Part shown: piece after piece, positions 21,516 through 30,887 of the stretch | How the letters are laid out: each line of letters begins with the position of its first letter | How positions within the stretch are numbered: the stretch's first letter is position 1 | DNA from: an uncultured Alphaproteobacteria bacterium | Lineage (GTDB): Bacteria > Pseudomonadota > Alphaproteobacteria > HIMB59 | Assembly (NCBI GenBank): GCA_902538085.1 | Contig: CACBDV010000001.1 | Coordinates: forward strand, 43,766-107,765 | Length of the DNA: 64,000 nucleotides | Direction: 5' to 3' | The notes under the pieces: model-generated | The model's input: the letters and a program-made list of their open reading frames with translations, nothing else | Told to the model about the DNA's origin: nothing | Database searches by the model: none | Translations under genes and position numbers: made by a program

Positions 21516-23318
21516 ATGATTGGGCTTGAAATTCTTAAAAACAGGATAAAAGATGCACCTCAAACTTCAGGGGTTTACCTTTTTAAAAATAAAAAAGATA
21601 ACCCGATCTATATAGGAAAAGCTATTAATATCAAAAGGAGATTATCTAATTACGGTAATCTACCAAAACTCCCAAGAAGGCTTCAAAAAATGGTTTCACA
21701 AACAGTAAATATTGATTTTGAGCTAACAGAGTCTGAGAGAAATGCATTATTATTAGAGGCTTTACTTATAAAGAAATTTTCACCGAGATATAATATTCGT
21801 TTGAAAGATGATAAGAGCTTTCCATTAATTAAAATTACTAAAGGTGACTTTCCAAGACTTACAAGATTTAGAAATGAATTTTCTAATGAAGACAAAGTAT
21901 TTGGTCCATTTACCTCTGCGTTGAAAACAGACAAAGTCATAAAAATCTTGCAGAAATCATTTAAGCTAAGGAGTTGTAGTGATTTAGAGTTTAAAAATAG
22001 AAAACGGGCATGCCTACTTTATGACTTAAAACAATGCTCCGCTCCATGCGTAAATAAAGTTAGTCAAAATGAATACAAAAATCAAGTTGATGATACAGTT
22101 AAATTTTTTCAAGGAGGCCAAAAAAAAATATTTGATAAATTAGAAAAACAAATGGTTTATTTTAGTGAAAGTCAAAATTATGAAAAGGCAGCAGAGCTAA
22201 GAGACAGTATACAATCTTTAAATTTTATCATCAGAGAGGAAGTAAAAATCAGTACCCAAGATACAAATTATGACTATATCCATATTGACAATAAAAAACA
22301 TTTCTCAATATATATTGGTTTCATTAGATATGGACGATATCTTGGTGGTAATTTAATTTACTATTCTGAAAAATTTGAAGATGATATCGACCTTACTTCT
22401 TTAATTATACAATTTTATTTAAAAAACTTCAGACCTACTAAAATAATAATTTCAAAAAAAATTAATGGATATAATGAATTTAAGTCAATTATGAGAGATA
22501 ATTACAAAATTGATGTATTTCTAAAAAGCAGCAAAATTAATGGTGTTCAGAAAATTTCGAAACTTACCGCAAAAAAAAATGATAAAGAAGTTAGTCTTCA
22601 AAAACAAAAGTTTATTAATAATCAAGAAATTTTAAATTTAATGAAAAATAGGTTCAATATTAATAATAAAATTGAACGTGTTGAAGCTTACGATAATAGT
22701 TTTTTTGGTAACAACTATGCTGTGGCATCCTATGTGGTATTTAATGAAGATGGTTTTAGTATAAAAGATTCTAGAACATATAAATTTAAAGATTATGATT
22801 TAAAAAAGTTTGGTGATGCAAATTTAATGCGAAAGGTGTTTAAATCCCGTTTCTCCAAAGATGATAAAATTTTACCAGATTTAATAATAATAGACGGTGG
22901 TCAAACTTATTTAAAAATTTGCCAAGAAATTATTGATGAAAGCGGTATTAGTGAAAGCATAAAGTTAATTGGAGTATCTAAAGGTTTTAAAAGAGATTTT
23001 AGATTCGATAAATATCATACTCTTAGTGAAAAAAATCTATCTTTGAAGGATAGCCCTCAAATAGAGGGTTTTATCCAAAAAATGAGAGATCAGGCTCATA
23101 AATTATCCAAAAAAAATAGTATGAAAAGGATGTCAGATTCCCTTAAAACAAGTTTTTTAGATGATATATCTGGTATTGGTAAAATAAAAAAGATGAGGGT
23201 CATTAACTTTTTTGGAAGTGTTCAAAATCTAAAGAAAGCTAACAGAGATGAGTTAACTCAAATAAAAGGATTAAATTCAAAAAATATTAAGGCTATATTG
23301 GATAAGATAAATGGCTAA
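21516..23318 (+). CDS. uvrC: excinuclease ABC subunit C
   Basis: GIY-YIG domain (GVYLF...YIGKA, PRYNIRLKDDKSFP), Cys-rich CSAPC, UVR, IDGG, C-terminal HhH. Confidence 0.95.
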   Translation: MIGLEILKNRIKDAPQTSGVYLFKNKKDNPIYIGKAINIKRRLSNYGNLPKLPRRLQKMVSQTVNIDFELTESERNALLLEALLIKKFSPRYNIRLKDDKSFPLIKITKGDFPRLTRFRNEFSNEDKVFGPFTSALKTDKVIKILQKSFKLRSCSDLEFKNRKRACLLYDLKQCSAPCVNKVSQNEYKNQVDDTVKFFQGGQKKIFDKLEKQMVYFSESQNYEKAAELRDSIQSLNFIIREEVKISTQDTNYDYIHIDNKKHFSIYIGFIRYGRYLGGNLIYYSEKFEDDIDLTSLIIQFYLKNFRPTKIIISKKINGYNEFKSIMRDNYKIDVFLKSSKINGVQKISKLTAKKNDKEVSLQKQKFINNQEILNLMKNRFNINNKIERVEAYDNSFFGNNYAVASYVVFNEDGFSIKDSRTYKFKDYDLKKFGDANLMRKVFKSRFSKDDKILPDLIIIDGGQTYLKICQEIIDESGISESIKLIGVSKGFKRDFRFDKYHTLSEKNLSLKDSPQIEGFIQKMRDQAHKLSKKNSMKRMSDSLKTSFLDDISGIGKIKKMRVINFFGSVQNLKKANRDELTQIKGLNSKNIKAILDKING

Positions 23319-23865
23319 AATTTATACTATTCCAAATATTATTACCTTTGTAAGAATTGTTTTAATTCCAATAATTTTATATTTACTGTTCTCTGATAAT
23401 TCTAAAGTGGTTCTTATTGCAGGCTTACTTTTTATAGTATCTTCTATTTCTGATTATTTTGATGGATATTTAGCCAGAACACTAAATCAATCATCTAAGC
23501 TTGGTACTTTACTTGATCCTATTGCTGATAAACTTTTAATAGCAGCTGTCATTATAGTGTTGATAGACACAAGAGTAATTGCAAATATTCATGTTATTCC
23601 AGCTATAATTATTTTATTAAGAGAAATTGCAATTTCAGGTTTGAGAGAATTTTTAGCTAAATTAAATACTGATATGCCAGTCAGCAAACTAGCTAAATAT
23701 AAAACTACATTTCAAATGGTTAGTTTATCTATTCTCATAATAGGATTAGGTTTTGAATTAAATGATTTTCTTTGGAATTTAGGCTTAGTCACATTATGGC
23801 TTGCTGCTATAGTTACTTTGTTATCTGGATATAATTATGTAGCAAAGGGTCTCAAACATATTTGA
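23311..23865 (+). CDS. pgsA: CDP-diacylglycerol--glycerol-3-phosphate 3-phosphatidyltransferase
   Basis: PNIITFVR, DYFDGYLAR...G...DPIADK; uvrC-pgsA-moaD-moaE synteny. Confidence 0.96.
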   Translation: MAKIYTIPNIITFVRIVLIPIILYLLFSDNSKVVLIAGLLFIVSSISDYFDGYLARTLNQSSKLGTLLDPIADKLLIAAVIIVLIDTRVIANIHVIPAIIILLREIAISGLREFLAKLNTDMPVSKLAKYKTTFQMVSLSILIIGLGFELNDFLWNLGLVTLWLAAIVTLLSGYNYVAKGLKHI

Positions 23866-24116
23866 ATATTACATTAAAATATTTTTCTTGGATAAGAGTA
23901 AAACTGAAAAAAAGCCATGACTTAATTGAATTAAAACAAAATATTAGTTTTAAAGAATTGAAAAATTATCTCATTTCAAAAGACCCTGTATTCAAAGAAA
24001 TATTTGAAGATAAGAGCGTGAAATATTTTTTAAATCTTTCAGAAATAGATGATGAAAATCAATTAATAAATAATGGTGATATATTAGCTTTTTTACCTCC
24101 CGTTACAGGTGGATAA
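23862..24116 (+). CDS. moaD: molybdopterin synthase sulfur carrier
   Basis: 84 aa ending AFLPPVTGG; upstream of moaE. Confidence 0.92.
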   Translation: MNITLKYFSWIRVKLKKSHDLIELKQNISFKELKNYLISKDPVFKEIFEDKSVKYFLNLSEIDDENQLINNGDILAFLPPVTGG

Positions 24117-24577
24117 TGATTAAAATTACTAATGAAAGTTTTGATCTAGAAACAGAGTTTAAATGTGTTTCATCCAATACAAATGGTGCATACAGTTTCT
24201 TCTTAGGGACAGTTAGGTCTGATTTGAGCTCATCAAATAAGAAAATTAAAGGAATTTATTTAGAGTGTTATGAAGAGTTAGCATTAGTTCAGCTAAAAAA
24301 AATAAGGAGCAAAGCATTAAATAATTGGAAGCTAAATGAGTGTTTAATAATTCATCGAATAGGAAAATTAGATTTAGGAGAAAAAATTGTCTTAGTAATT
24401 ACTGCTTCATCTCATCGTGCAAACGCTATAAAAGCTTGTGAGTTTGTGATTGATAGCTTAAAAATAGATGTAGCTTTTTGGAAATTTCATTTATTAGATA
24501 ATGATCAAAAGGAAATGGTATTACAAAAAAGTTTAGATAATGAAAAAATGTTAAAATGGAAAGATATTATTAATTAG
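24116..24577 (+). CDS. moaE: molybdopterin synthase catalytic subunit
   Basis: FLGTVR, IHRIG, SSHR, LK...FWK. Confidence 0.92.
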   Translation: MIKITNESFDLETEFKCVSSNTNGAYSFFLGTVRSDLSSSNKKIKGIYLECYEELALVQLKKIRSKALNNWKLNECLIIHRIGKLDLGEKIVLVITASSHRANAIKACEFVIDSLKIDVAFWKFHLLDNDQKEMVLQKSLDNEKMLKWKDIIN

Positions 24578-25470
24578 CTATCTTTGTAGTTTGGATCAAC
24601 TTCTTTCATGTATAGGCTTGAAATCTTAGCTGTAATATCTCCAACTTTAAAAGTTTGATTATCTATTTTTCCTACTGGAGTTACTTCTACTGCAGAACCT
24701 GTTAGAAAAATTTCTTCAGCTTTTTTAATTTCTTCTGGATAAATATCTCTTTCGATTACATTGATACCTTCATTTTTAGCAATCTCTATTACGGCCTGAC
24801 GTGTTATTCCGTTTAAAAAACAATCTGGTATAGGAGTATGGATTTCACCGTTAATCACTAAAAAAATATTTGAACCAGTAGACTCACTTACCCTACCTTT
24901 ATAATCAAGCATTAAAGCATCTGTAAAACCATTTTTTTCAGCTTCATGTTTGCTTAGTGTACAAATCATGTAAAGTCCAGCTGCTTTAGTATCTGTGGGT
25001 ATACAATCTGGGGGAGGTCTTTTCCATAATGCTGTTTGAAGAGATATTCCTTTTAATCGATCTTCTTTAGCAAAATAACTTGGCCACTCCCAAGTAGCAA
25101 CAGCGACATTTATTTTATTTTTCTGTGCAGAGATTGCCATCATTTCGCTTCCTCTCCAAATGACAGGACGAACGTAACCATATTTTATGTTCATTTTTTT
25201 TATTGTCTCTTCTTGGGCATTATTTATTTCATCCTTAGAATATGGCACATCTATACCCATTCTTTGTGCAGAAAAGAAAAGTCTATCAGTATGTTTTTCT
25301 AATTTATAAATTTTTTCTCCATAAACTCTTAATCCTTCAAACACACAACTACCGTAATGTAGTCCATGATTTAAAACGTGAGTAGTGGCATTCTGCCATT
25401 CTACAAACTCACCATTATACCAAATAAAACCAATTCTCTTATCAAATGGGATAATTTCCATAATTCGCAA
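24574..25470 (-). CDS. ilvE: branched-chain amino acid aminotransferase (class IV)
   Basis: HGLHYGSCVFEGLR, KAAGLY, FLNGITRQ, FLTGSAVEVTP; true start may be the second Met. Confidence 0.95.
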   Translation of the reverse strand: MRIMEIIPFDKRIGFIWYNGEFVEWQNATTHVLNHGLHYGSCVFEGLRVYGEKIYKLEKHTDRLFFSAQRMGIDVPYSKDEINNAQEETIKKMNIKYGYVRPVIWRGSEMMAISAQKNKINVAVATWEWPSYFAKEDRLKGISLQTALWKRPPPDCIPTDTKAAGLYMICTLSKHEAEKNGFTDALMLDYKGRVSESTGSNIFLVINGEIHTPIPDCFLNGITRQAVIEIAKNEGINVIERDIYPEEIKKAEEIFLTGSAVEVTPVGKIDNQTFKVGDITAKISSLYMKEVDPNYKDS

Positions 25471-25520
25471 TAATGTATTATTATTTATTAAAATTCACAA
25501 TATAATTATATTTATATCTT

Positions 25521-25937
25521 ATGAATTTAAGTTTTGCTGATACCTTATATTTTAAGAAAGAAAATATCCTTGAAATAATTTTAGGTTTACATAGATCTTA
25601 TAAGTCTCTTCAAAGAGAAATTCAAATTTGTTGTGAGCTGAATAATTTAACGTTTAATGAGTTAATTGTTATTTTAGAAATAAAAAAAGGATTTAACAGA
25701 AAAGTAGATATAGCAAATAAAGTATTTTTAAAAAAACAAAATTTAAATTTAATATTAAAAGAATTACAATTAAAAAAAATTTTAATACTAGATAATAAAA
25801 ATATATCGATTACTCAAAATGGAGAGGAATTAATTCAAAAAACAACTGATAGAATAAATGAAAAAATTATCAAGATCTTCAAAAAAACTGATCCTAAAAA
25901 TATGTCTGGTTTTATTAATATAATTGAGTCGATGTAA
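25521..25937 (+). CDS. divergent MarR-family winged-helix protein (PetP position)
   Basis: KQNLNLILKEL and ITQNGEEL resemble the MarR recognition helix and wing; ilvE-MarR-RR-HK synteny. Confidence 0.6.
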   Translation: MNLSFADTLYFKKENILEIILGLHRSYKSLQREIQICCELNNLTFNELIVILEIKKGFNRKVDIANKVFLKKQNLNLILKELQLKKILILDNKNISITQNGEELIQKTTDRINEKIIKIFKKTDPKNMSGFINIIESM

Positions 25938-26605
25938 TGAATGATCAGCACATACTTTTAGTTGAAGATGATGAAATACTCCAGGCTCTTATTGAAAAAT
26001 TATTAATTAATAGTGAATATATGGTTTCTAAAGCTATAAATATTGAGGAGGCAAAAAAATTAGTAAAATTATTTTTATTTGATTTAATAATTTTGGACGT
26101 GATGCTTCCTGATAGCACAGGTCTTGAATTTTATGAAAATACAATTAAAAACAGAGTTAATACGCCAGTAATTTTTCTCTCTGCATTAAGTAATGTTGAC
26201 GACAGAGTAACTGGTTTAGAGCTGGGAGCTGACGACTACATTGGTAAGCCATTTGACTCAAGAGAATTATTGCTGAAGATTGAAAAAAATATCTCAAAAA
26301 AACAATCACTTAATATAGTTAATTTTGGGAATGATACTGAATTTGATTTGAAAAAAGAGCAATTACTATTTAAAAAACATAATATAAACCTTTCAAGTAA
26401 TGAAGTGAAAATATTAAAACTTTTAATAAATAATTCTCATCAATATTTAACCAGAGATTTATTAAACACAGAATTAGGATTAGATTATTTATCAAGAAGT
26501 GGGGATATGCAAATTTCTAGGTTAAGACTGAAACTTAAAAAAGAATGCAACCTAAAAGATATTATTAGATCAGTCCACGGAAAAGGATATAAAATTTTCT
26601 TTTAA
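25937..26605 (+). CDS. OmpR-family response regulator
   Basis: VEDD, LDVMLPD phosphoacceptor, GADDYIGKPF, C-terminal wHTH ending GKGY. Confidence 0.95.
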   Translation: MNDQHILLVEDDEILQALIEKLLINSEYMVSKAINIEEAKKLVKLFLFDLIILDVMLPDSTGLEFYENTIKNRVNTPVIFLSALSNVDDRVTGLELGADDYIGKPFDSRELLLKIEKNISKKQSLNIVNFGNDTEFDLKKEQLLFKKHNINLSSNEVKILKLLINNSHQYLTRDLLNTELGLDYLSRSGDMQISRLRLKLKKECNLKDIIRSVHGKGYKIFF

Positions 26606-27846
26606 TGTTGAAATGGGGTAATTTTTCAGAAAGCCTTTTAGTAAGATCAGTTTATTTAATTACAATACCTATTGTACTAGTTCAAATCATAGGAATTATA
26701 ATATTTTTTGAATTACACTGGGATTTAGTATTAAAAAGAAGTGCTCAATCTATTTCTAATGAAATTAAAATTTTGGAGATGCAGAAAGACTCCCCTTCAC
26801 TTGATAATTATGCAAATACTTTACAAATTATAAGAGCTGAAAATTTTGATATCAATGAAGCTGAGCAAGTTTCAAATTGGATATTTAAAAAAAGGATGAA
26901 ATACTCGTTAGGCCAAATTACAGGAAATTTTGAAGTTCTACAAAACCAAACCCACTTTATTTTTTTTGATGAAAAAAAATTAGAATATTTTTATTTAGTT
27001 CCAAAGAAAAGAGTTGAAACTAAAACTGTAGGTGGTTTTTTTCTTTGGACAATTGCCATAAGTATTATTTTGTCATTAATTTCATATTTATTTATAAAAA
27101 AACAAATTCAACCACTTAAAAGACTTGGAATTATCACAAGAAGTTTTGGAAGAGGTATTGAAACGCCAAATTTAAAACCGACTGGATCATCGGAGGTAAG
27201 AGGCTTAATTAAAGACTTTAATAACATGCACAACAACATTAATAGTACTCTCGATAATCAAAGAAATATGTTGGCTGGTATTAGCCATGATTTAAAAACA
27301 CCACTTACAAGAATTAATTTAATGATTGAGGAAATTAATAACGAAACTTTAAAGAACTCAATTTCTCAAAATATTTCTGAGATGAATGTTATGCTTAATC
27401 ATTATCTAGATTTCATTAAAAATGAAAAAAATGAGAATTTAGATGAGATTAATACTTCTAATTTTATATCCAATTTAGCTCAAAATTATGCAAAACTTGA
27501 AGTTTTAAACAATAATTCAAATAAAATATTTATCAGAAAAAATCAAATAACAAGAGCTATTATGAACATACTAGATAATGCAGATAAATTTGCAGAAAAG
27601 ATATTCATAAATTCAAATTTTATTAATAATAAGTGGAGAATTGAGATTGAAGATAATGGTCCAGGCACCAATTTATCACAGGAACAGCTGATCAGGCCTT
27701 TTGTAAAAGGTTCTGATCGATTAAATCAAGGTACAGGATTAGGACTATCAATTGTTCAAAAGCTGATTAAATTAAATAATGGAGAATTAAATTTCCAAAA
27801 GTCATCACATGGTGGCCTAAAAGTAACTGTTATTTTACAAATTTAA
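26605..27846 (+). CDS. EnvZ-like sensor histidine kinase
   Basis: Two TM helices, HAMP, ISHDLKTPL H-box, NILDNA, EDNGPG, GTGLGL. Confidence 0.94.
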   Translation: MLKWGNFSESLLVRSVYLITIPIVLVQIIGIIIFFELHWDLVLKRSAQSISNEIKILEMQKDSPSLDNYANTLQIIRAENFDINEAEQVSNWIFKKRMKYSLGQITGNFEVLQNQTHFIFFDEKKLEYFYLVPKKRVETKTVGGFFLWTIAISIILSLISYLFIKKQIQPLKRLGIITRSFGRGIETPNLKPTGSSEVRGLIKDFNNMHNNINSTLDNQRNMLAGISHDLKTPLTRINLMIEEINNETLKNSISQNISEMNVMLNHYLDFIKNEKNENLDEINTSNFISNLAQNYAKLEVLNNNSNKIFIRKNQITRAIMNILDNADKFAEKIFINSNFINNKWRIEIEDNGPGTNLSQEQLIRPFVKGSDRLNQGTGLGLSIVQKLIKLNNGELNFQKSSHGGLKVTVILQI

Positions 27847-27848
27847 TT

Positions 27849-28181
27849 TCAAAAAAGCTTTCCTCCATTTGAAATTTTAAATGATGGCATAACTAATACT
27901 GGATTATTTTCATCGTCAGGAAAACCTAAGACCAATACCTCTGAAATCATTTTACCAATTTGTTTAGGAGGAAAGTTTATAACTGCAGCTACTTGTTTCC
28001 CAATTAATTCCTCTGGAATATAGTGTTTTGTAAGTTGTGCTGAAGTTTTTTTTTGACCAATTTTTTCACCAAAATCTATGAGTAAATATAAGCTAGGATT
28101 ATAAGATTTGTTGTTTGGTTTTGCTTCGATTACAGTCCCAACTCTGATATCAACTTTTTCAAAGTCAGAATAATTAATCAT
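27849..28181 (-). CDS. csaA: tRNA-binding protein / chaperone CsaA
   Basis: DFEKVDIRVG, SAQLT, NFPPKQIG, SEVLVLG. Confidence 0.92.
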   Translation of the reverse strand: MINYSDFEKVDIRVGTVIEAKPNNKSYNPSLYLLIDFGEKIGQKKTSAQLTKHYIPEELIGKQVAAVINFPPKQIGKMISEVLVLGFPDDENNPVLVMPSFKISNGGKLF

Positions 28182-28675
28182 CTTTTTCTAATAAATGACT
28201 TTACCTTATTAAGACTATCAAATGCATTTCCAATAGAAGCCATAGTTTTATCCATACTATTATTATCTTCAATCCAGACATTAAAAGCATATAGGTAAAT
28301 TACGTTGCTTGTAATTTTTTCAAAGTGAGAATTTAAAAATAAATTAAAATAATTATTTATATTTTTAGATAAATTTAAAAAATATTTCGGTTTTTTCTGT
28401 GACTCCAAGTAAATTCTTAGTGTTATATTTTTATAATCATTCAGAAAATCTAATCTATTAATTATACCTTCAAAAATTTTGTCCTGTAAAGAAAGGTCTT
28501 TTGAAGGAATTTTTAATTCATTTGATATAAAATTTTCAAAATCATCAATAAAAATGTCGAGGTCTTGGTATTCTGAGCTAATTGATTTAATTTTAGTGGG
28601 AAAGCTCTTTAAATGAGCCATGCTATTAAGTTTTTTTAAATTTGTTTTATTAAGACTTTGTGTTTTTTTTCTCAC
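28178..28675 (-). CDS. divergent TetR-like/COQ9-like helical protein
   Basis: QDKIFEGIINRLDFL and VWIEDNNSMDKTMASI resemble the alphaproteobacterial TetR-like protein usually found downstream of proC; no clear HTH. Confidence 0.5.
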   Translation of the reverse strand: MRKKTQSLNKTNLKKLNSMAHLKSFPTKIKSISSEYQDLDIFIDDFENFISNELKIPSKDLSLQDKIFEGIINRLDFLNDYKNITLRIYLESQKKPKYFLNLSKNINNYFNLFLNSHFEKITSNVIYLYAFNVWIEDNNSMDKTMASIGNAFDSLNKVKSFIRKR

Positions 28676-29447
28676 TATCTATTTCCTTGGATCTTTTGTA
28701 AGCCCTTTGAAATGTAGTATATATTATTTTCTCTATATTTTGTGATTTAATATAATTAACTCCAGCTTGTGTAGTACCTTTCTTGCTAGAAATAGAACTT
28801 ACAAATTCATCTAACATTTTAGATGAATAATTAGTTTCTAATACATTTTTGAATAATTCTATTACATCTTTTTCATTCATATTATAGGGCTTAGAAAGTT
28901 TTTTAGATGCTTTTACAAAAATATTTACTATATACGCAATAAATGCTGGTCCACTACCAAAAACTGATGTAGCAAGATTAATTTGATCTTCATTTCTAAC
29001 TTTAATAATTGTTCCAAAAGAGGATAATATTTTTTTTAATTTATTATCATATAAATTTTTATTTTTCATATAAATATGAGTTTGAGATTTAGTATTTAAA
29101 GCCATTACATTAGGCATAATTCTTACAATTTTTTTTGTTTTTAAGGTTTTTTCAATCGTTGATAATTTAATACCAGCCATACAAGAAATTACCAAGGTTT
29201 CTTTTGAAAGATATTTCTGAAATTCATTTCCAGAGGTTAGGAATATATTTGGTCGAATAAGAAGAAATATATAATTATAATCATTTTTGATATTTAATAT
29301 TTTTTTTTTTAAATTAATATTTTTTATTACGCCTTTCGAATTTAATGCATGAATGTTCACAGCGTTTAGAAAATTTTTTGATAATAAGGATTTAGCCAGG
29401 TGTCCAAAACCTATAAAAAGTACTTTTGGCTTAAGCGTGGCCAACAA
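28650..29447 (-). CDS. proC: pyrroline-5-carboxylate reductase (divergent)
   Basis: ISCMAGI, RIMPN, GSGPAF, SSKKGTT. Confidence 0.9.
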   Translation of the reverse strand: MLATLKPKVLFIGFGHLAKSLLSKNFLNAVNIHALNSKGVIKNINLKKKILNIKNDYNYIFLLIRPNIFLTSGNEFQKYLSKETLVISCMAGIKLSTIEKTLKTKKIVRIMPNVMALNTKSQTHIYMKNKNLYDNKLKKILSSFGTIIKVRNEDQINLATSVFGSGPAFIAYIVNIFVKASKKLSKPYNMNEKDVIELFKNVLETNYSSKMLDEFVSSISSKKGTTQAGVNYIKSQNIEKIIYTTFQRAYKRSKEIDSEKKNTKS

Positions 29448-29883
29448 TTTTTTGATTAATTAAAGATTGTGTAGTTTCGACGACTTTATCGCCTTTTAGT
29501 AACTCGGAAAGAAGGTGATTGAATTCAGATAATATATTTTCTAGATAACTTCTAATATCTTCACTAGTTACTTTTCCTGAAATTGGGAGACTATGTCTAT
29601 AAATAATTTTATTATTATTATTTTGTTTAAGTGTGCCAATAACCAGATTATTGTTAATTTTATTCATATGATTGGTTAGAAAACTATATTCATAATTATC
29701 AATGCTAAATGATGATATGAGAACTTTTAAATCATCAATCCATTGAAAATCCATTATTACTTTTTGTTCGTGGATTTCCGTTAAAAGAGAAATATCGTTG
29801 TTTTTAGACAACTGTTTAACATTGAAAATATCCTCAAGAATAGAAATGGGGCTAGAATCAATGTTTTTTTGAGACATATACAA
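29431..29883 (-). CDS. YbjN domain-like protein
   Basis: MNKINNNLVIG, IIYRHSL and C-terminal VGHA resemble YbjN-type proteins; usual position upstream of proC. Confidence 0.6.
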   Translation of the reverse strand: MYMSQKNIDSSPISILEDIFNVKQLSKNNDISLLTEIHEQKVIMDFQWIDDLKVLISSFSIDNYEYSFLTNHMNKINNNLVIGTLKQNNNNKIIYRHSLPISGKVTSEDIRSYLENILSEFNHLLSELLKGDKVVETTQSLINQKIVGHA

Positions 29884-29910
29884 TATGTATCACATTACTT
29901 ATCTTAGTAA

Positions 29911-29926
29911 ATACTATATATAGTGT
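29911..29926. promoter_or_regulatory. palindromic operator resembling an NrdR box
   Basis: ATACTATATATAGTGT; core ACTATATATAGT is a perfect palindrome; 15/16 match to recalled consensus acaCwAtATaTwGtgt. Confidence 0.4.
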
Positions 29927-29950
29927 TAAATTGCTTAATATTGGTTAAAT

Positions 29951-30085
29951 TTAATCTTTTCTGTTGATTAAATATTTCTTTAATTTTTTAAAATCTGATT
30001 TTAAATCGTTAAGAATTTGGGCAACTTCAACTGAATTATAAAGTATTTTTGATAACTTAAGATAAAGTTTATCTTTGTGTGAAAC
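29951..30085 (-). pseudogene. possible truncated relic of accessory factor UbiK/BMFP
   Basis: DKLYLKLSKILYNSVEVAQ resembles the N-terminal helix of alphaproteobacterial UbiK; syntenic slot divergent from lgt; no ATG/GTG/TTG start outside lgt. Confidence 0.4.
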
Positions 30086-30110
30086 GTAAGTTGTATTATT
30101 AGTTTTTACA

Positions 30111-30887
30111 GTGTTTGAATATCCTAGTTTTTTATCGCCAGTAGCTTTTGAGCTGTTCGGTTTAACCATAAGGTGGTACAGCATATCTTATATTCTTGGA
30201 TTTATTTACTTTTATTTTTTTGCATATAATAATTTAAAGCAATTTGGTTTGGATAAAAAAAAACTTGAAGACTTATTTTTTTATTTATTTGTTTCTGTCA
30301 TAATTGGTGGAAGATTAGGCTATGTAATTTTTTATAATTTGAATTTTTATATTCAAAGCCCTTTTGAAATATTAAAAGTTTGGCAGGGGGGTATGTCATT
30401 TCACGGAGCTTTAATTGGTATTATCTTAACAACTATTATATTTTCAATAAAAAAAAATATTTCTATTTTTAAACTTTCTGATCTTTTAAGTATAACTGCT
30501 CCATTTGGAATTTTTTTAGGGAGAATTTCTAATTTTCTAAATAAAGAATTAATAGGAAAGCCAACAGAATTTTTTTTAAGCGTTCGTTACCCAAATGAGG
30601 ATTTTTTTAGACATATATCCCAAATATATGAAGCAGTATTTGAAGGATTAATACCAGCTATTTTACTACTATTATTCTATTATAAATTTAGAGTAAAACA
30701 CGGGTTTATAACATCTTTCTTTTTAATTAATTATGGATTATCTAGAATTATAATTGAAAATTTTAGAGTGCCTGACATTCAAGTAGGCTTAAAGTTTAAT
30801 TTATTATCTCAGGGCCAACTATTATCAATCCCAATTGTAATACTTGGTTTTTATTTTCTATATTTATGTCAATACAAACAAAAATAG
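30111..30887 (+). CDS. lgt: prolipoprotein diacylglyceryl transferase
   Basis: IRWY, GGRLGY, WQGGMSFHG, GRISNF, HISQIYE. Confidence 0.96.
   Translation: MFEYPSFLSPVAFELFGLTIRWYSISYILGFIYFYFFAYNNLKQFGLDKKKLEDLFFYLFVSVIIGGRLGYVIFYNLNFYIQSPFEILKVWQGGMSFHGALIGIILTTIIFSIKKNISIFKLSDLLSITAPFGIFLGRISNFLNKELIGKPTEFFLSVRYPNEDFFRHISQIYEAVFEGLIPAILLLLFYYKFRVKHGFITSFFLINYGLSRIIIENFRVPDIQVGLKFNLLSQGQLLSIPIVILGFYFLYLCQYKQK

Noticed and set aside
29296-29310. Long A/T homopolymers as phase-variation tracts (here and elsewhere, e.g. near 46987 and 60565)
   Set aside because: Expected from Lys/Phe codons in AT-rich DNA; reading frames are intact
29951-30184. 77-aa ORF as given by the track
   Set aside because: Its first ~25 codons are antisense to lgt; only the 3' part is retained as a possible relic
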